This document shows positions 48,784-64,000 of a stretch of 64,000 nucleotides of DNA, piece by piece. Numbering within the stretch: the stretch's first letter is position 1; each line of letters starts with the position of its first letter. This DNA is from the human T2T-CHM13v2.0 reference genome, Homo sapiens: the NCBI RefSeq assembly GCF_009914755.1, contig NC_060929.1; one strand, 5' to 3'. The translations under genes were made by a program, and so were the position numbers. A model generated the notes under the pieces. It worked only from the letters and a program-made list of their open reading frames with translations. It was not told the DNA's origin and searched no databases.

Positions 48784-51209
48784 TGGCCCCTTTATACGAG
48801 GTGGAAATCTTGCTCACTATAACTGCACACTTTGCTCTAATGTCAGTGGAAGGTCAGCTTGCTACCAATGCAGCTCCGTCTCTTCTTGCTGACCTTCTAC
48901 ACCCAGGCCCCACCCCAAGCTGGTAAACAATCCACAGCCTTTTACCTTTAGATCACAACAAATATTAGGTATCACCCTATACATCAAAAAAATTTCAGGG
49001 GAAACAGGCATATAAACTTTGGTTTAAAACTTCTCTTTTTTTAAAAAAATTATTTATTGGTGTGATGTATGTGGTTGTGTAGTATGACAAATGACCCATC
49101 ATTGGGGGCTTTATTTGAAATTAGAAAAACTTGAAATTTTATATTATTTATTTATTTTCTGATTATTCAATATAGGCTCTGTACAGAGTATGAAAACAGA
49201 AAATAGCCAAACAGCACTTCACAGCATCAATCTGTACAGCTCCCTCGAGGTTCAGAACATACGGAGACTCCATTATTTATGCTGATGATCACATTAGTCA
49301 CTTGATACATAAAGTCGTCCATATTTTAGGGTAGTTGGCTTTGAAGAACTTGGAATTAATAAAGAAAAAATTATATGCAAGAAACATTTTTCAAACTTTA
49401 ATTTATCTAGAATATGTATCATTTAACATTCGAGAACTATGAAATGATTCCCAGAAAGGAATTACCAGCAAGCAACCTTAAAATACTTGCAAAGTAATAG
49501 AAAACACATCCAAGTTAAATGATGAAACTCCTTCCTCCAGGGTTCCTAAACTCATATTAATAATGTGAACATTGGACATGTATGAATAAGTTTTAGTGTT
49601 GTTACTTGCAGTAAAGTTTGTATAAGAGAAATAGGTGTGATTCTGTCTTCCAGAGATTTGACTTTAGAGGATAACACACTATTGATAGCTTATAAAGCAA
49701 AATGCTTCTGCTGACTGCCATAGGCCTATGGAGAACTTTGCAGAATGTTGCTGTTATCATCCAGCAGGAAGATTTGAGCATCATCAGTTTTATTTCTTAA
49801 GTGCATGTCAGACAGGCCCACAAAATCCCTGCATGGGAATTATCTCAGAGCTCCGATAGAATCCCAGTTGGGAGGTCCACTTGGAAGAAGTAAAGAAATC
49901 TGTAGTTGCTGCTTTTGTGAATTGGGTATGTGTCACTTTTATTAACCACGTCCCAACTTCATGGATTGCTTAGAAGAAAAATTTGGTTCAGTATCTGTTC
50001 AAGTTGTAAATTTAACTAATGAGAGTTATAAACTGTTATATATAATTTTAGTCATTTAAAATTAGTGCATTATGATAATCAGCCTGGGATAGCAATGGAA
50101 GTTTAAAAGTCAACTTCTTATGAATACATTTAAACTGAGTGGTGTGTGTGTGTGTTCAGGCACACACACATGCATCTATGCCCTAGGAGTGCATCTTTTA
50201 TGTTTAATATTTTATCACAATATATTAACCTTTTTTTAAGACATGAGAGAAAAATCTTCATTTTTTATAATATTATTTGAATTATCCTTTTCACTTGGCG
50301 TTCCTTCTTATCTGTATTCTTTAAGTGACATTTAATAGGAATAGTGCAGTAGAGTGTGTCAGATATAAATTTTTAGGTATAAATCTCAAGTGTGCAAATA
50401 TGTAATTGCCTTTATTTCTATAGCTAAATTGACCATTGATCTCGTTTAATTACTTATGTTTGAAAGAGAAATTTAACCTTGCAAAGTCAAGTCAACTCAG
50501 TCAATTTTAGTTGAAAACCTAGTCACTTTGGCTGTAAATACATGATCAGGTGAAGGTTTTCTACTCGCCTTCCCCTTCTCTCCCTGGGTGACATAAAAGT
50601 GCAGGCAGAGGTGAGGGGTGGGAATGCACATGTTTCATGTTATAATGGCAGAAATATACTTCCACTGACTTCTGTTGAAATAGGTATTTCTGCACATGAT
50701 CTTGGTTGTGTTCTGGCATCTATTTCTGGCATAGGTAGTTTTACCATGAACTCCAAAATCCAGAGCACACAGATTTTTCTGTTCATATCTTGTTTCTAGA
50801 CTCTTACTTTATAGTGTCACACCTCCAGGAAACACTGATTTATCAACAGAGTCCATTTTCCTCCATGTAAGATTGCTTAGATTCTTTAATATTCTAATGA
50901 GAAATATTAAATATACAGAACATATTTGTGACACACAGCTGTATATTTAATCTAAGAGCAGTTTGCACTCAGTTTGCAGGAGCCAAAGTTGGCTAAAAGC
51001 GCCCTGTTCTCCAAATTTTGAGTATCTGTGCTCTCATCTCTGATTACTGCTTTTGATCACAGAAGTACAGACAAAGAGGGAGGAAAATCGTTGTTGCGCC
51101 TCCACCCATTGTTTCACTCCCACTCTGGCTGAAGTGACTTTCTGGGCACTTAAAGGGCTGGCACACCTTTTTACTCCCACTTTCAGTTATATCTTTCTCT
51201 CCTTTTGGG

Positions 51210-53140
51210 AGCCAGACTTTAAAGACCAGGACATTCAAAAACAACTGCATATTAGAAAGTGACTGCACATGCTGTTGGCTCAGAAGAGCTGAGAAATTAA
51301 GTTTACATCTCAGACTGATGCTTGGCACAGAGACAACCTACAATTGAAAAAAAACTAAATAAACACAATAACGAAAACAAAAACCCTACAGACATGGGAA
51401 ATCAAATTTCCAGAGATGCCACATTATTAGATTTAAATGTCCAGTTTTCAACAATAACAACAAAATCACAAGACACACAAAGAAATAGGAAAATATAGCC
51501 ATTCAAAGGAAATAAAAATAAATCAAAAGAAACTATTCCTTTGAAACATCTGATGGTAGATATTCTAGAAAAAGATTGTAAAACAGTTGTCTTATAGATG
51601 CTAAAAGAACTGAAGGAAGATGTAGAGAAAGTCAAGAAAATAATATGTGAACAAAGCAGAATATCAAAGGGTTAGAAACTGTAAAAAGAAACCAAAAAGA
51701 AATTGTGGAACTGAAAAGTACAGTAACTGAAAGTATAATAACTAGAGGCATTTAAAGGAAGATTGAGCAGGGAGAAAAATAGAATTAATGAAGACAGGAC
51801 AATGGAAATTATCATGTCTGAGTGACAGAAATAAAAAATACTGAAAAAACATTATCAGAGTCTAAGGGACGTGTTCAACAAATCAAGATATGCATTGGGG
51901 GAGTCCTGGGAGAAGAAGAAATAGAGAAAAAAAGGGCATATTTGGAAAAATAATGGTTGAAAACTTCCCATATTTGATGAAAGACAAAAAAAAAGCATCC
52001 AAGATCAACAAATTCTATGTAAGATGAACTCAAAGAGAGTCACGTTAAAACAAATCATAATCAAAGTTTGAAAAAAGACAAAGAGTGGGCCTTGACGGCA
52101 GCAAGGGAAAAGTAACTTTGGTCAAGGGGTCCTCAAATAAATTATCAGCAGATTTATTATCAGAAACTTTGGATACTAGAAGGCAGTGGGTTGATATATT
52201 CAAAGCACTAAAAGAAGAAAAAGAACATCCATGCATCCTAAATTCAGCGAAGCTCTTCCTTAAAAGTGAAGGTGAAATAAAAACATTATGAGACACAAGC
52301 TGGGAGACATTATTACCACTAGACCTGCACTTAAAAAATATTCTTGAGGGTCCAACAAAGTGAAAGAAAGTAATACTAGACAATAACTCAAAGCCACATG
52401 AGGAAATAAATGTCTCAAAAAAGTAAATACATAGGCAATGATAAAAGCTAGTATTGTTGTAACAAAGGTTTGTAACACCACATTTTTAAATGTAATTTAA
52501 GATAGTAATATATTTTAAAAGATTATTTATTTATTTTGGGGGGAAACACAATGTTTAACTATATAATGTTGTGAAATCAGAAGGGGTGGGAATGGAGCTG
52601 TAAAGCAGAGTTTCTGTATGTTGTTGAAGTTAAGCTGGTATAAATTAGAACATTATAACTCTAGATATTAAATATAATTCCCATGGTAACCGCAAAGAAA
52701 ATAACTATAAAATATATACAAAAGGAAATGAAAAAGAAATGTAAATATTTCATTAAAAAATCAACTAGATGTAAAAAAAGACAGTAATGCAGAAAAATGA
52801 GGGCAAAGAAAGCTAAGACATCACAAAACAGCAAAATGACAGAAGTAGGTCCCTCTTTATTAGTAATTACCTTCAATGTAAATGGATTAAACTCTCCAAT
52901 CAAGAGACAAAAATTGGTAAAATGAATTTTTAAAAAATTTAGCTTGTATGTGGTAAGAAACTCACTTGAGATCCAAAGACAAATAGATTGAAAAAGAAAA
53001 TATGTATATTTTTTATTTTGTTATTTTTATATTCCATAAAAATGACCAAAAGAGAGCACAGGTGGCTATACAAAATCAGACAAAATAGACTATAAATCAG
53101 AAAAGTTTGCAAGAAACAGAGATATATTAATAAAAGTTTC
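51210..53140 (+). mobile_element. Old L1M 5' region (ORF1 remnant and ORF2 start)
   Basis: ORF 52085..52291 contains LSADLLSETLDTRRQWVDIFKALKE..PCILNSAKL (L1 ORF1p C-terminal domain); aatgtaaatggattaaactctccaatc encodes the ORF2 NVNGLNSP motif. Confidence 0.85.
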
Positions 53141-56100
53141 TGACTAGAAATATTTCCAATACACCCAACATTTTGGGGGGTATTTTATTTAGTTATTCTT
53201 AGTAGATGGGTTAGCCTGATACAAGCTACTTCTTCATAGTTGGAAGTTAAGGTATATTATGGTCATTTTGTTATCTTGATTTCTTGGGAACATGCCTGAT
53301 ACCAGTACAATGTATCTTCCCACTGAAGAGGACATCTAGAGTGGTCTCTTTGCAGTAGTCCCTTTTACTATTTTTGAGGTGAGCGCCAGGTCCCCTCCTC
53401 TTTCCCTCCTGAAAGTTCCCACAGCTTTCTCTCAAAGCCCTCCTTACAAAATCTCACCTCTGCCCCCACCACCTTTGGCTCTTGAGACTTTTAAATCCTT
53501 GATGTTTGTTTTAGAGTTATTATTTTTCTCAACCACTGGTCTATTCTCCAATTAACTTCAGAATGTAGCTTTCTTATCTTCATCTCCAATCAAAACTGAG
53601 AGCAACTGAGTCCTTTGAAAATATTCTATTGTATTTTACTTAAAATATCTATTAAATGTTTAATTTCATATCATCCAAAAAAAGGTAATGACTCATGGCT
53701 CTATCTTATTCTATCTTAATCTAAATCTGCATAAATTTTCCCCTAAATATCTTCCTCTTTGTCATCAAATACAAAAACAAAAGTTGAAGTAAGAAATTCT
53801 GGTTTCACTGAGTTATCCTTAACATTGCATAATTGGTTGTAAGCTACATATCCACATTCAATATAACCTTAAAAATCCTTTCCATTGCCCTTAGCTTTTG
53901 CTAAGCCTTGTTTTATTTTATAGTTTGGCCTTCAAAATTCTACCATCTGAGTTTTGAATTACTCGCATATATTTGTCTTTTTTTCTCATCATTTTTACCT
54001 GCGTATCTTAAACCAAAATTTAAACGTTCTTGGATCCACACTGGATTCTTTCACCACATTCTTACTTTCTTTTTTATTTAAATGTTTTATTGTATAATCA
54101 ATACTGAAGTTCTGAAAGCCTTCAAATGTTAGAGAAAGCTTTTTTCTCCCATAGTCTTATGGTATGTAGTAATACCTCTGTCTTTTCTAAAATGTTTGAA
54201 ATCTAACTTCCTTCCTATCATCTAGTAACTAGGGATGTAAAAAGAGATACTAAAAATGATCTATTATGTTACATTCACTTATATATTTTCTTAGTTGGCA
54301 AATTACAATTTACTGAATGAGTTTTACTTTTGTTTACCTTAGTTTTATAATATACTAAAAATATTGCCTGATACAATAGAATAATATTTTGCAAAATATT
54401 TTATCTGCTGGGTAAGATGCAATTAAAATTTACATTGCATCCAATATACTCAGAAGAACGGAATATTGATTGATATTTATAAGAGGACCAAGCACAAATG
54501 AGGTTTTTTTATTAACAGTTTTTCAGTATAATGTTCTATTTTGGTGCATATTCTTTACCAGCATATTCATTATCATAATTTCAGTGTAAAGTTATGCAGT
54601 AAATTAAATGAAAATCTTTTTAAAAATTTATCCTTGAGTAACTTCGTAAGCCTCAGAAAAGAGGTCTCAATAAAGCCTATTTTGCAATAAATATTCATTA
54701 TCCTCTTATGTAAATATCACTGCTTGGATTAGTCAGTACACTTAAGAGATTAATGACAATAAATAAGTTTTATACCTCACACATAGCTGATATATCCATT
54801 TCCAGATCCTTATGTGTATGCGGACATTATATGTCATATTCCTATAAACTTCTTGTTATAAATATCAGCACTGTAACAATAATGACCTTATCATACATTT
54901 CACAAATCAGAGACGTTACTTGTAGGGAATATAAACCATTAGACACATTTTAAATGTGATGGTTGATTTATTTTTGGTATATACAAAAGTCTCTGTAGCT
55001 TTTCATACTGTCAAGAACCTGGAACTATTCAAGAAATATAAGTCTGTTGGCTCTGTGTGGTTAATGACACTAAGTCCGAAGGGGGGAATGAAACAGAAGG
55101 CCTCAGAGCTGAGTAAGACACATTTAAAGGTCTCATCCAATGCAAGATCTCAGTGGGATTTCAAGCAGTGTGTAATGTGGAAGGTCATAGACAAAAACTT
55201 TATAATAAACCTTTCTAGCCAGAAAGCAGTCTTCCATGCAATCTATCCCCAAAATGGCACACTAAATAAAAATAACATCGCTAAGTTCATAAGTTCCAAT
55301 ATACTACTGGTATATAATTAGATATCCAAATATTTGGTCGTTAAAAAAATATGATATGGGTACATTGTTGTATCTAGCCCTCCTTTGTCACCTCCAAATA
55401 GTGAAAAAATAAAAGTAAGATGGATACACAAATAATGATAATGGACAAAGGTTAAATATAATCACAAAATGAAATCTCCCTAAGAAAATATAGTTTGTTT
55501 TAGTTCAATGAAGAAAATAGTAGTTTCTTCATGTGGCCAGTAATCCTCATTGCTTTATTAATATATTCAAAAATGGTTAGTGAGCTTGTATCATATGAAT
55601 AGCAAACTATGCCACCTGGATTAACCAGCAAAATTAAATCTTAAATGATTAGAGATGATCTCTCCATGTTTATCCTTTTAGCCACCAGTTATCTCCTCTC
55701 TCTCAAGTCTCCATTGTAGCTGAAAAGACATAAATAGGTGTGAGTTTAGTAGGTGTTTTATAAGAGAGGAGGAAATTTAAAAATGTAGATAGTTATTAAA
55801 ACCTTTAAATATTTGAGTGCACTAAAGTGTATTGCTATGCATCAAATTTATGTTTGCTCTCTTTTAGTTACAGCCTTAATTGCTTCCTTTTTGTGTACCA
55901 TCTCACATAAACTATTGTTTTATGTATTAAATCAAAGAAGCTTTGTTCACACTCACTATAACTCACCTCACTTTTTGCTCTACCTGCATACAAATATTTA
56001 ATAACATCTTTTGTATCTACACTTCTTGCAATATCTTACTTTTGCATAATAATGAGAGCCGAGAAGGTAAGCTTAGTAGCAACACTGATGTAATTCTCAG

Positions 56101-56703
56101 GTTGAGTTTTATCTCTAAATGTTTTTCTCTAACATTGAGTGCCATAGAACCTATTAGCTTGCTCTGGATAAAAGTGTGAGACTGATCTATAAAGATTGCA
56201 AATGAGGGTTAGGATTCACTTTTGGGAGTCCTTATTTTTTGCAGGAAATCTAGAATCCTTCATGCTTACCTTAACAAAACCCCAGCTGCCACTATGTCTC
56301 TGCTGACAACCTCCATCATTTTCCCACCAATAAGACATAGGAAATAAAGGGGAATCAATATTAAATTTATTTTACATGTGAAGTACCAATAATTTTTCTT
56401 TAACACCCTACTCTGATGCACTTCAGCCTGCAACTTTGAAGTGGAGTATTTCTAAATCAACGTCACACAACAGTGGAACTCAAGGATGTTATTTATTCAG
56501 ATGTTCTTCCAGGTTTGAGAAAAGATACAGGCATCACTGTCCACCTTCCATCTGATGAGCCTTTCTGGCATTTTAATTACCTGAGTACTGATTTTATCTA
56601 GCTAGAAGTTTATCTTAGTGTAGTGGCGGCAGCAGCAAAACAAGGTCACAGTTACAATATCACCGGGGAGATCCAGACACATCACTTTCAAAACACCCAT
56701 AAT

Positions 56704-57115
<412 letters not shown>

Positions 57116-58239
57116 TCAGCTGGATGTCAATTAATCCCTAGTAACTAAGATGTTAGCCAATAAAGCTTTATATATTCCCTCCTGCAGTTATTCACATATC
57201 AAAAGAGAGGAAATAATCCTGTCAATCTAGAAGGATTGAGTTTTCAAAAAGAAATTATGCCTATCTCTCCTCAACGGTTCCTAATCAGTGACTTCTAATT
57301 CCAGTTTCACTCATCAAGTAATACAAACTGAAAAATCTATATGTGCTAACCAAACAGCTGTCCTACGATGTCTTAGAAACAGGGTGGTTAATCTAGACAC
57401 ATCACAAACTAGTGCTAGAAAGGAGTTGGAAGAAACCAGTGAGCCTTTTACCAGAGCAGAGCTCTGTTTTATTCCAGACACCCACCAGCAGCTTATATAA
57501 AAGTCTAGAATCAGATCAAACATTTGCATAATTCTTTATATCATGTAGTCAGCTATACCTCACGTTTAATACTATCATTATCATAGCGACAATATAATAT
57601 TTTAATTAGAATTTTTAAATATACCTCAAAACCGTATTGAAACTTACCAACAACAAACTAAAGGTAAACAGAGAAAAAAACTTCTCCAACAACATTTTTG
57701 GGATCAGAAATACCACCCAAAGTCCAGAAGCCCAACTGTTTGTCAAAATTAAAAGATGACAAAAATATAAGTAGGTAATTTTTAAACTTCAAATAAAACT
57801 AGAGCAAAAATTAAGCTGAATAATCAAACTCTGACTAGGTCAGAGTTTATTGCCTGGAGACTCAGTTCTCTGAAACAAGGTAAGGCCGGTGAGAAATTCT
57901 TTGAAGTAGTTAATGAAATAAGATAAGGACTTTGTTCCTCCTGATTTACACATGTTCCTAGTGCTGTTACCTGAATCAAATATCCTTCCTGAACTCAACC
58001 CCCTTAGTAAAAAGGACAGCAAAATCTACCTGGTAAAGTTACCATGAATATTATTGGCTCATTCAGTGTAAATATAGTTGAGTGCTTTATGTGCCTTTCT
58101 GAATACAAAATATACATGCTCATCTCAGAAAATAAAACCTCGCTACTCCTTGAAAACACTTCGGCATTTTTTCCCTAGTATTTTATCTTAGTATCACAAT
58201 CCTAAATCTTGCTTTATTCACTAAACATGTTATCATGAG

Positions 58240-58450
58240 AGGCAAATGCTGCTAAACACAAAGCCCAGAAAATCTGAATCTCAGATCCTTTCATGGAATT
58301 GAACAGGTTGCTAAGGCTCTATGAGTCTCAATATTTTTACTTTGATGATGGGGATATTATTAGCTACTTCATAGATTCATTTAATGAGATAAAGAATGTA
58401 AAAAGCCTAGCACAGATTGGATATATATAATTTATCAATAAATTATGTCC
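58240..58450 (+). mobile_element. MIR remnant
   Basis: ctgaatctcag...atggggatatt...tacttcatag...aatgagataa..gtaaaaagcctagcacag. Confidence 0.6.
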
Positions 58451-58601
58451 ATTCTATCCTGGAAGCTAGTGAAATCAAGCAAGGGAACTAACAGGCAAAA
58501 CCATCCATCAAGTAACTAGGAACTATCGTCAGGTCTTCAGTGCTTTCAAAACTGTCAGGAAGGGGTGTGTGCGTGCGTGCGCATTGAGTGTGTGCCTACG
58601 T

Positions 58602-58845
58602 GTGCGTGTGTGTGTACATGCCATGCTTATGTGCAAATGTGCACACATACATGCTTTGATGTATATTACCTTAAGACACTACCAGAGTGGAAATCTCTTC
58701 TGGGGCAGGGACACAGAGATGGGTGCGTGTGTGTGTGTACGTGCCATGCTTATGTGCAAATGTGCACACATACATGCTTTGATGTATATTACCTTAAGAC
58801 CCTACCGGAGTGGAAGTCTCTTCTGGGGCAGGGACACAGAGATGG
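58602..58845 (+). repeat. ~122-bp tandem duplication
   Basis: Copies 58602-58722 and 58723-58845 differ by 4 substitutions and one GT unit. Confidence 0.95.
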
Positions 58846-60479
58846 ATGCCTTCTGAAGAAGCCCATGGGGAAAACTGAGGTAGGCTGCTGATCACTCTGC
58901 AGTCCTGCTAGACATCTCTGTCACTGTGAAAAAGGAGTCACCATTCATGACAGAATCTGCTAGGCCTTTTGCTCCTGTACAGTCTCTAAGTAGCAGGCAT
59001 TCCTGTCCTGCACTTTGGAGCCTCCATGCCAAGATGGCATGCTGAGATTTTGCAAGCACTGGACCAAAAGGGTTATTTTTGAGCTAGATGTGGCTCACGG
59101 AATCTAAGCAGAGTACAAGGTAATAAAATCAAGACTTTGCCAACAAAATTACCCCCTTATTCCCTGTCATTAAGATAGTTCTGCTTTACTCCACAGGATA
59201 TAAAGAGGATTTAGTTGAATAAGTCCTATTATTTATTACAGCCACCATTTACAACAGAAATAGTTTCCACCCGCCTGCTTTAGGAAAATGGACAAATTAC
59301 TAGATCATCACTTATGGCCACAGAAACATCAGTTTCCTAGCCAACAGAACACACTGCAGATAAAAAGATACAAGATGACAGAGAAGGTGATAGAGCAAGG
59401 AACGGAAGCTTCTGACTTTCTAGCATTGACTTTGAAAGTCATAGAAATATGAGAAACTTTTAGAGGCAGCAAAGTGGACTGGAAATGTGGAAATGTAGGC
59501 TTCCAGGTATACCCACACAGAAATTTAACCTCAAAGAAAGACAACAATTTTACCACAATTCATTGACGGGTTGAATTTCCAGCTTTCATGTAAGGTCATT
59601 GAAAATAAGAGTAAATGCAGTCTTTTCAAATAAACACAACTATCTATTTTGTTCTCATTCAATCAAATTCAGAATGAAACACAATGTCTGGATACATTTA
59701 AATTCCTTGACGGTTAAATGCATTTGTAATGTTGGTAAAGGAAAAATTATATATTTTAATGCACTAACGCAAGAGAGACCTGTATCTCCTGACATCTTTG
59801 AAAGTATATATTTATAATTTTTTTCTTTCTAAAACTATGATTGTCCCAACCTGTTTCTTAAGTTAAAAATAAAATAATTACATTTTAACAATCGCAAACA
59901 TTTTGAGTATTTTTGAAGAGTAATAGCCTTTAGTTGGTTTCTAACTTGATAACTCTACTGTATGAATATGAATAACATATATAATATATATGGATAATTT
60001 TAAAAGTATTTAAATAGCCACCACTTTGTCTTTTCTAGTCTAGTTTCTCTTTAATTAAAGGCTGTAAAAATCCACAGGGACTTTTGTATAGCTGTTACTT
60101 CTGGGAAGTCAATCAAATAGTCTGGGGTTCCTAGTCACCTGGGAAGCCAGGAAGAAAATACACTTTAACAAAGTACAAGTGCAGTTGCCTAAAAATCTGG
60201 AGTCTGACTTCTGGTACTGCCACCTCTTAGGAGCATTTGACTTGAAAAAGTGACTTAAGTCCATGAAACCTAGTACACACGTCTTCCTGCATTAGATTAC
60301 AGGCCAAGAACAGGGTGCTTTGAAAAAAAAATTAAAAATATACAAACTTTGTGGAGTTGTTTGGATTAAAAAAATTAGATGTTTTATAAATATGTAATAA
60401 TAAAGTGGAATTCCATCTATTATTCCATTCTCTGGAGATAATTGCCTTCAACAGTTCTATTTCTCTGCTCATCTTAGCG

Positions 60480-60840
<361 letters not shown>

Positions 60841-61746
60841 TAGTAGACTCTCCTCTGATAAATTCAAATATTATTTGATGCATAATTTTCTTTTTTCTTA
60901 ACAACAGTTTAACAACAGTATTCCTTGCATAAAATGAGAGACACCTCTATTCGTTGCAATTTCAAGTCGTTCCAGTTCTTCCAAAGGTCAAGTTACTGCT
61001 ATCCCCACATAATTTAAACATTTATAATTCTTTGCCCCCTAGGAGTTAAGGAGCTTCTAAACAGAACTTGCTTGCAGAGAATGCTTTGTGATCAGAGAAA
61101 CTTGCTCATTAGCTTGAAAAGACAGTTAACATTTCAAAGTGTAAAGACATTATAATTGTATTTTTGGTGTAGTAGAGAGCGCCTAATGAAAATTATAGAG
61201 ATGCTACATTTGTTTAAAGATTTTAAAATACAAGTGTATACTCTAAAAAATACCAAAAGGATTACACAACTTAGTCTCCTTTGCTCAGAAGCCACAAGTT
61301 ATATTTAAACAATCACAATTTATGGAAGCCTGGAGAATTTCATGTTTTAAATATTATAAATCTATTTGGGATGCTTGTTGAATCTGAGGTATGTAATATG
61401 CCATTTATAAAGATATATGTAAATATCCACAACTCTGTATGTCGATAGCTGTTTAAAAATGGATACTTTCATTCCCTCATCCAAGCACATGCAGTAGCAT
61501 GCTGACTATGTGCCAACAACTGTACTAGTTTCTATAGGGAATAAAGAAGAAAGGAAAGTTTCAAGGTACAAGCACCCTCGCACACTGTTGGTGGGACTGC
61601 AAATTGGTATACGTTTTGCAGGCAAGATGGACAGACTTTCTTGAAATCTGAAATGTGTATAGTTTTTGATCCTGCATTGCCACTTCTGAGAGTTTCTCCA
61701 AAAGGAAAAAATGTGGCTGTGTGTTTGTGCATGCATATGTGTGAAT

Positions 61747-61840
61747 GCAGAAGTTGCAGTGAGCTGAGATTGAGCCACTGTACTCCAGCCTGAGCAACAG
61801 AGCAAGACTCTGTCTCAAAAAACAAACAAACAAACAAAAA
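61747..61840 (+). mobile_element. Alu 3' fragment next to an old L1 fragment (~61570-61745)
   Basis: gcagaagttgcagtgagctgagatt...gactctgtctcaaaaaacaaacaaac. Confidence 0.88.
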
Positions 61841-63719
61841 GATAAAGTGGAACATAGTTTACAAAATAATTGGAGACTTCTTAGTAAATATTTTTATGAT
61901 TGTGATCTTTTTGGAGTTATAATTTCACTTTAAGATTTCATAATTGGCACATATGAATCACTTCAAAGGATGAAATCCAGAAATTGAGTTCAGTATTCAA
62001 CGAAAGCAACATAGTGATGTCAAATCTGTTAGCTCATTTGGGCTACATGGGCAAGACAGGGGAACGATTCAAAACCTAACAGCTAATGTCACACTCAGCA
62101 AGAGAACAAGGCAAAGAAGTGGCTTAAATACAAGTAAATATTGCAGAGGCAGAGGTCATGAAGATTCAGACTCAAGACAGACAAGTGGCAGAAATGTGGC
62201 AGACAGATGGAAAAAGAACTAACATGCATTGATTTTTCAACATAAACCAGGCACGGTGGCAACATCTTTTCAGACAGCTCTTATTTCTCTTAATCCTTCC
62301 AACAGCCTCTGACAGTCATTTATACTGATATTTATAGAAGAGGAATTGAAGCTCAGAGAACCTAAGTGGCTTTCCCAAGGGTTACTCAGTTAATAAAAGT
62401 TAAGGTTAAAGCAACAAAAAGGATATTCTTTGAACTGCCCCATGCTACAGACCAGGGTGAAGACCCAAGTGAGAAAAATCTGTCTTATAATAGGGAGAGA
62501 ACCTGTCTTTTCAGTAAGTTTCTGAAACTCTATGAGAGTAGGAAGTAAGAACTGGTTTCCTAATATGGGATTAAGTTTAGTCCAGCAGTTTCTCTAAGTA
62601 TCATTTTAGGACCACATCTGTAAATATTGCCTGGATCCTATTAAAATGCAGCTTTAAGAGTTTTAACAAACATCACACATGACTTTTAAGCACAGTAATA
62701 CTTCAGAAATACTGATTTAAAGGCTCTAAGTTAGTTGTGATGGTATAAACCTTGATACCTAGCATATCCAGAGGAAACCGGTATTTAAAATTCAGAGGAA
62801 AGCTATCCAGTTTTGCAGTTTCTGAATATGATTAAAAATAATCATGAAATGAGGACAGCAGAATTAATTCCACCCTTAGTGACAAATTAAGTCAGAGCAG
62901 AAAAAAATAACATACTAGAAATCAATTTCAAGGATTATCAAATAACAAATGACAGAATTACTAAACGCTAATAACAGAAGTGTCAGTTACACTAAAGCAT
63001 GTGAAAAGCATTTGAATGGCAAACTAGCGTATGTTGATAGTTCTCATGGGTTTTCAGAACTTTGAGGTAAGATGGGATGTAAGTAGTTGGAAGAGTATTT
63101 TCTAAAGCAGCTGTTCACCTACTATTTTCAGACATATTAGAATAAGGGCTCAGGTAATTAAAGTTCCACCTTCAATTTAATTGCCAATTACTCTATCTAA
63201 GTGAATCTGGTAGATGCTGTATAAGAAAGCCAAGGAGTCCAAGCGCCCAAAATACTTAATTATCAATTGGGAATTGTACATACAAATTGTCTGTGGGGGA
63301 AAAGGAGGATTCTTTCTAGAGTAATCGCGTTTAGTACCTATGATGGACTCTACCAATGTCAAGAAGGAAAAATGTTATTCAGGAAACAAATTTCCTTTCC
63401 TTCATTCCACATGTCTTTCAGAAATACTATTTTATTTCTTATTTTTTGTTTTTGCATTTCAAACACTACATCCACAATAATTTTTCAACTCACCTCAAAT
63501 AAGGTGAAGTGTAACATGTTACAACTTCCAGGCATGATATTCAAGCATAAAGGGATTTGTCACCCATGAACACACATGTAAGTTCTAAAGTGACTCAGGA
63601 AAATTTAGTTAACATTTATTTTGTTTTATATAATCTCCTAGCACTATTCAAATTATTTATATCAATCATCTGCTTTAATTCTCTCAGATATGTTAATTTA
63701 GTTCTCTCAGATATGTTAT

Positions 63720-63860
63720 CAATATACGCATTTTACAAATGAGACCAAGACTCAGAAAAGAGGAAAGTTGCCCAAGTCACAGAGTCTGTAAGTACTGGAG
63801 CCAGGATTTCATCCCAGGAAATCTGACTCTAGAGCCCAAACCTTAACCACAATGCCATAC
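63720..63860 (-). mobile_element. MIR remnant
   Basis: cattttacaaatgag...ctcagaaaag...ttgcccaagtcacagag...gagccaggattt..ctgactctagagccc..cttaaccac. Confidence 0.8.
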
Positions 63861-64000
63861 TAACAGCAATTGCAAACACAAATGTGAATATATGTAGTAT
63901 CCAAATCAGCACAAATGTCTCTAACATGGAGTACTTAATGCTTTTAAGAAAATAAATGCAAAGTTTTAAAAATATGCCTATTGCACATGTTTTAAATAAA

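Noticed and set aside
54383-54400. Perfect 18-bp palindrome aatattttgcaaaatatt
   Set aside because: Roughly one such AT-rich palindrome is expected by chance in 64 kb.
58565-58891. Cys/His-rich repeated ORFs resembling a metal-binding protein
   Set aside because: Translation of (GT)-rich sequence and a tandem duplication; two overlapping frames are equally open.

Overview
This is AT-rich primate (almost certainly human) genomic DNA that is intergenic or deep intronic and dominated by interspersed repeats. I find no supportable host protein-coding exon, tRNA, rRNA or CRISPR array. The only recognisable ORFs are broken LINE-1 ORF1/ORF2 pieces and Alu or microsatellite read-through. Contents: three 5'-inverted (twin-primed) young L1PA elements within the first 25 kb, one of them inserted into an Alu; a nested cluster of ERV1 solo LTRs with intact TSDs; about 10 Alu/FLAM copies including a near-consensus AluY; several MaLR elements, including an internally deleted THE1 whose 5' LTR keeps its CpGs and carries a DUX4-type motif; and old L1M, MIR and L2 remnants. 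The most notable structure not explained by these calls is a ~1.2 kb degenerate inverted repeat at ~15441-16662, next to a locally copied and tandemly duplicated piece of a neighbouring L1. I see no evidence for a new multi-gene system. Subfamily names come from recalled consensus sequences and need RepeatMasker/Dfam confirmation.
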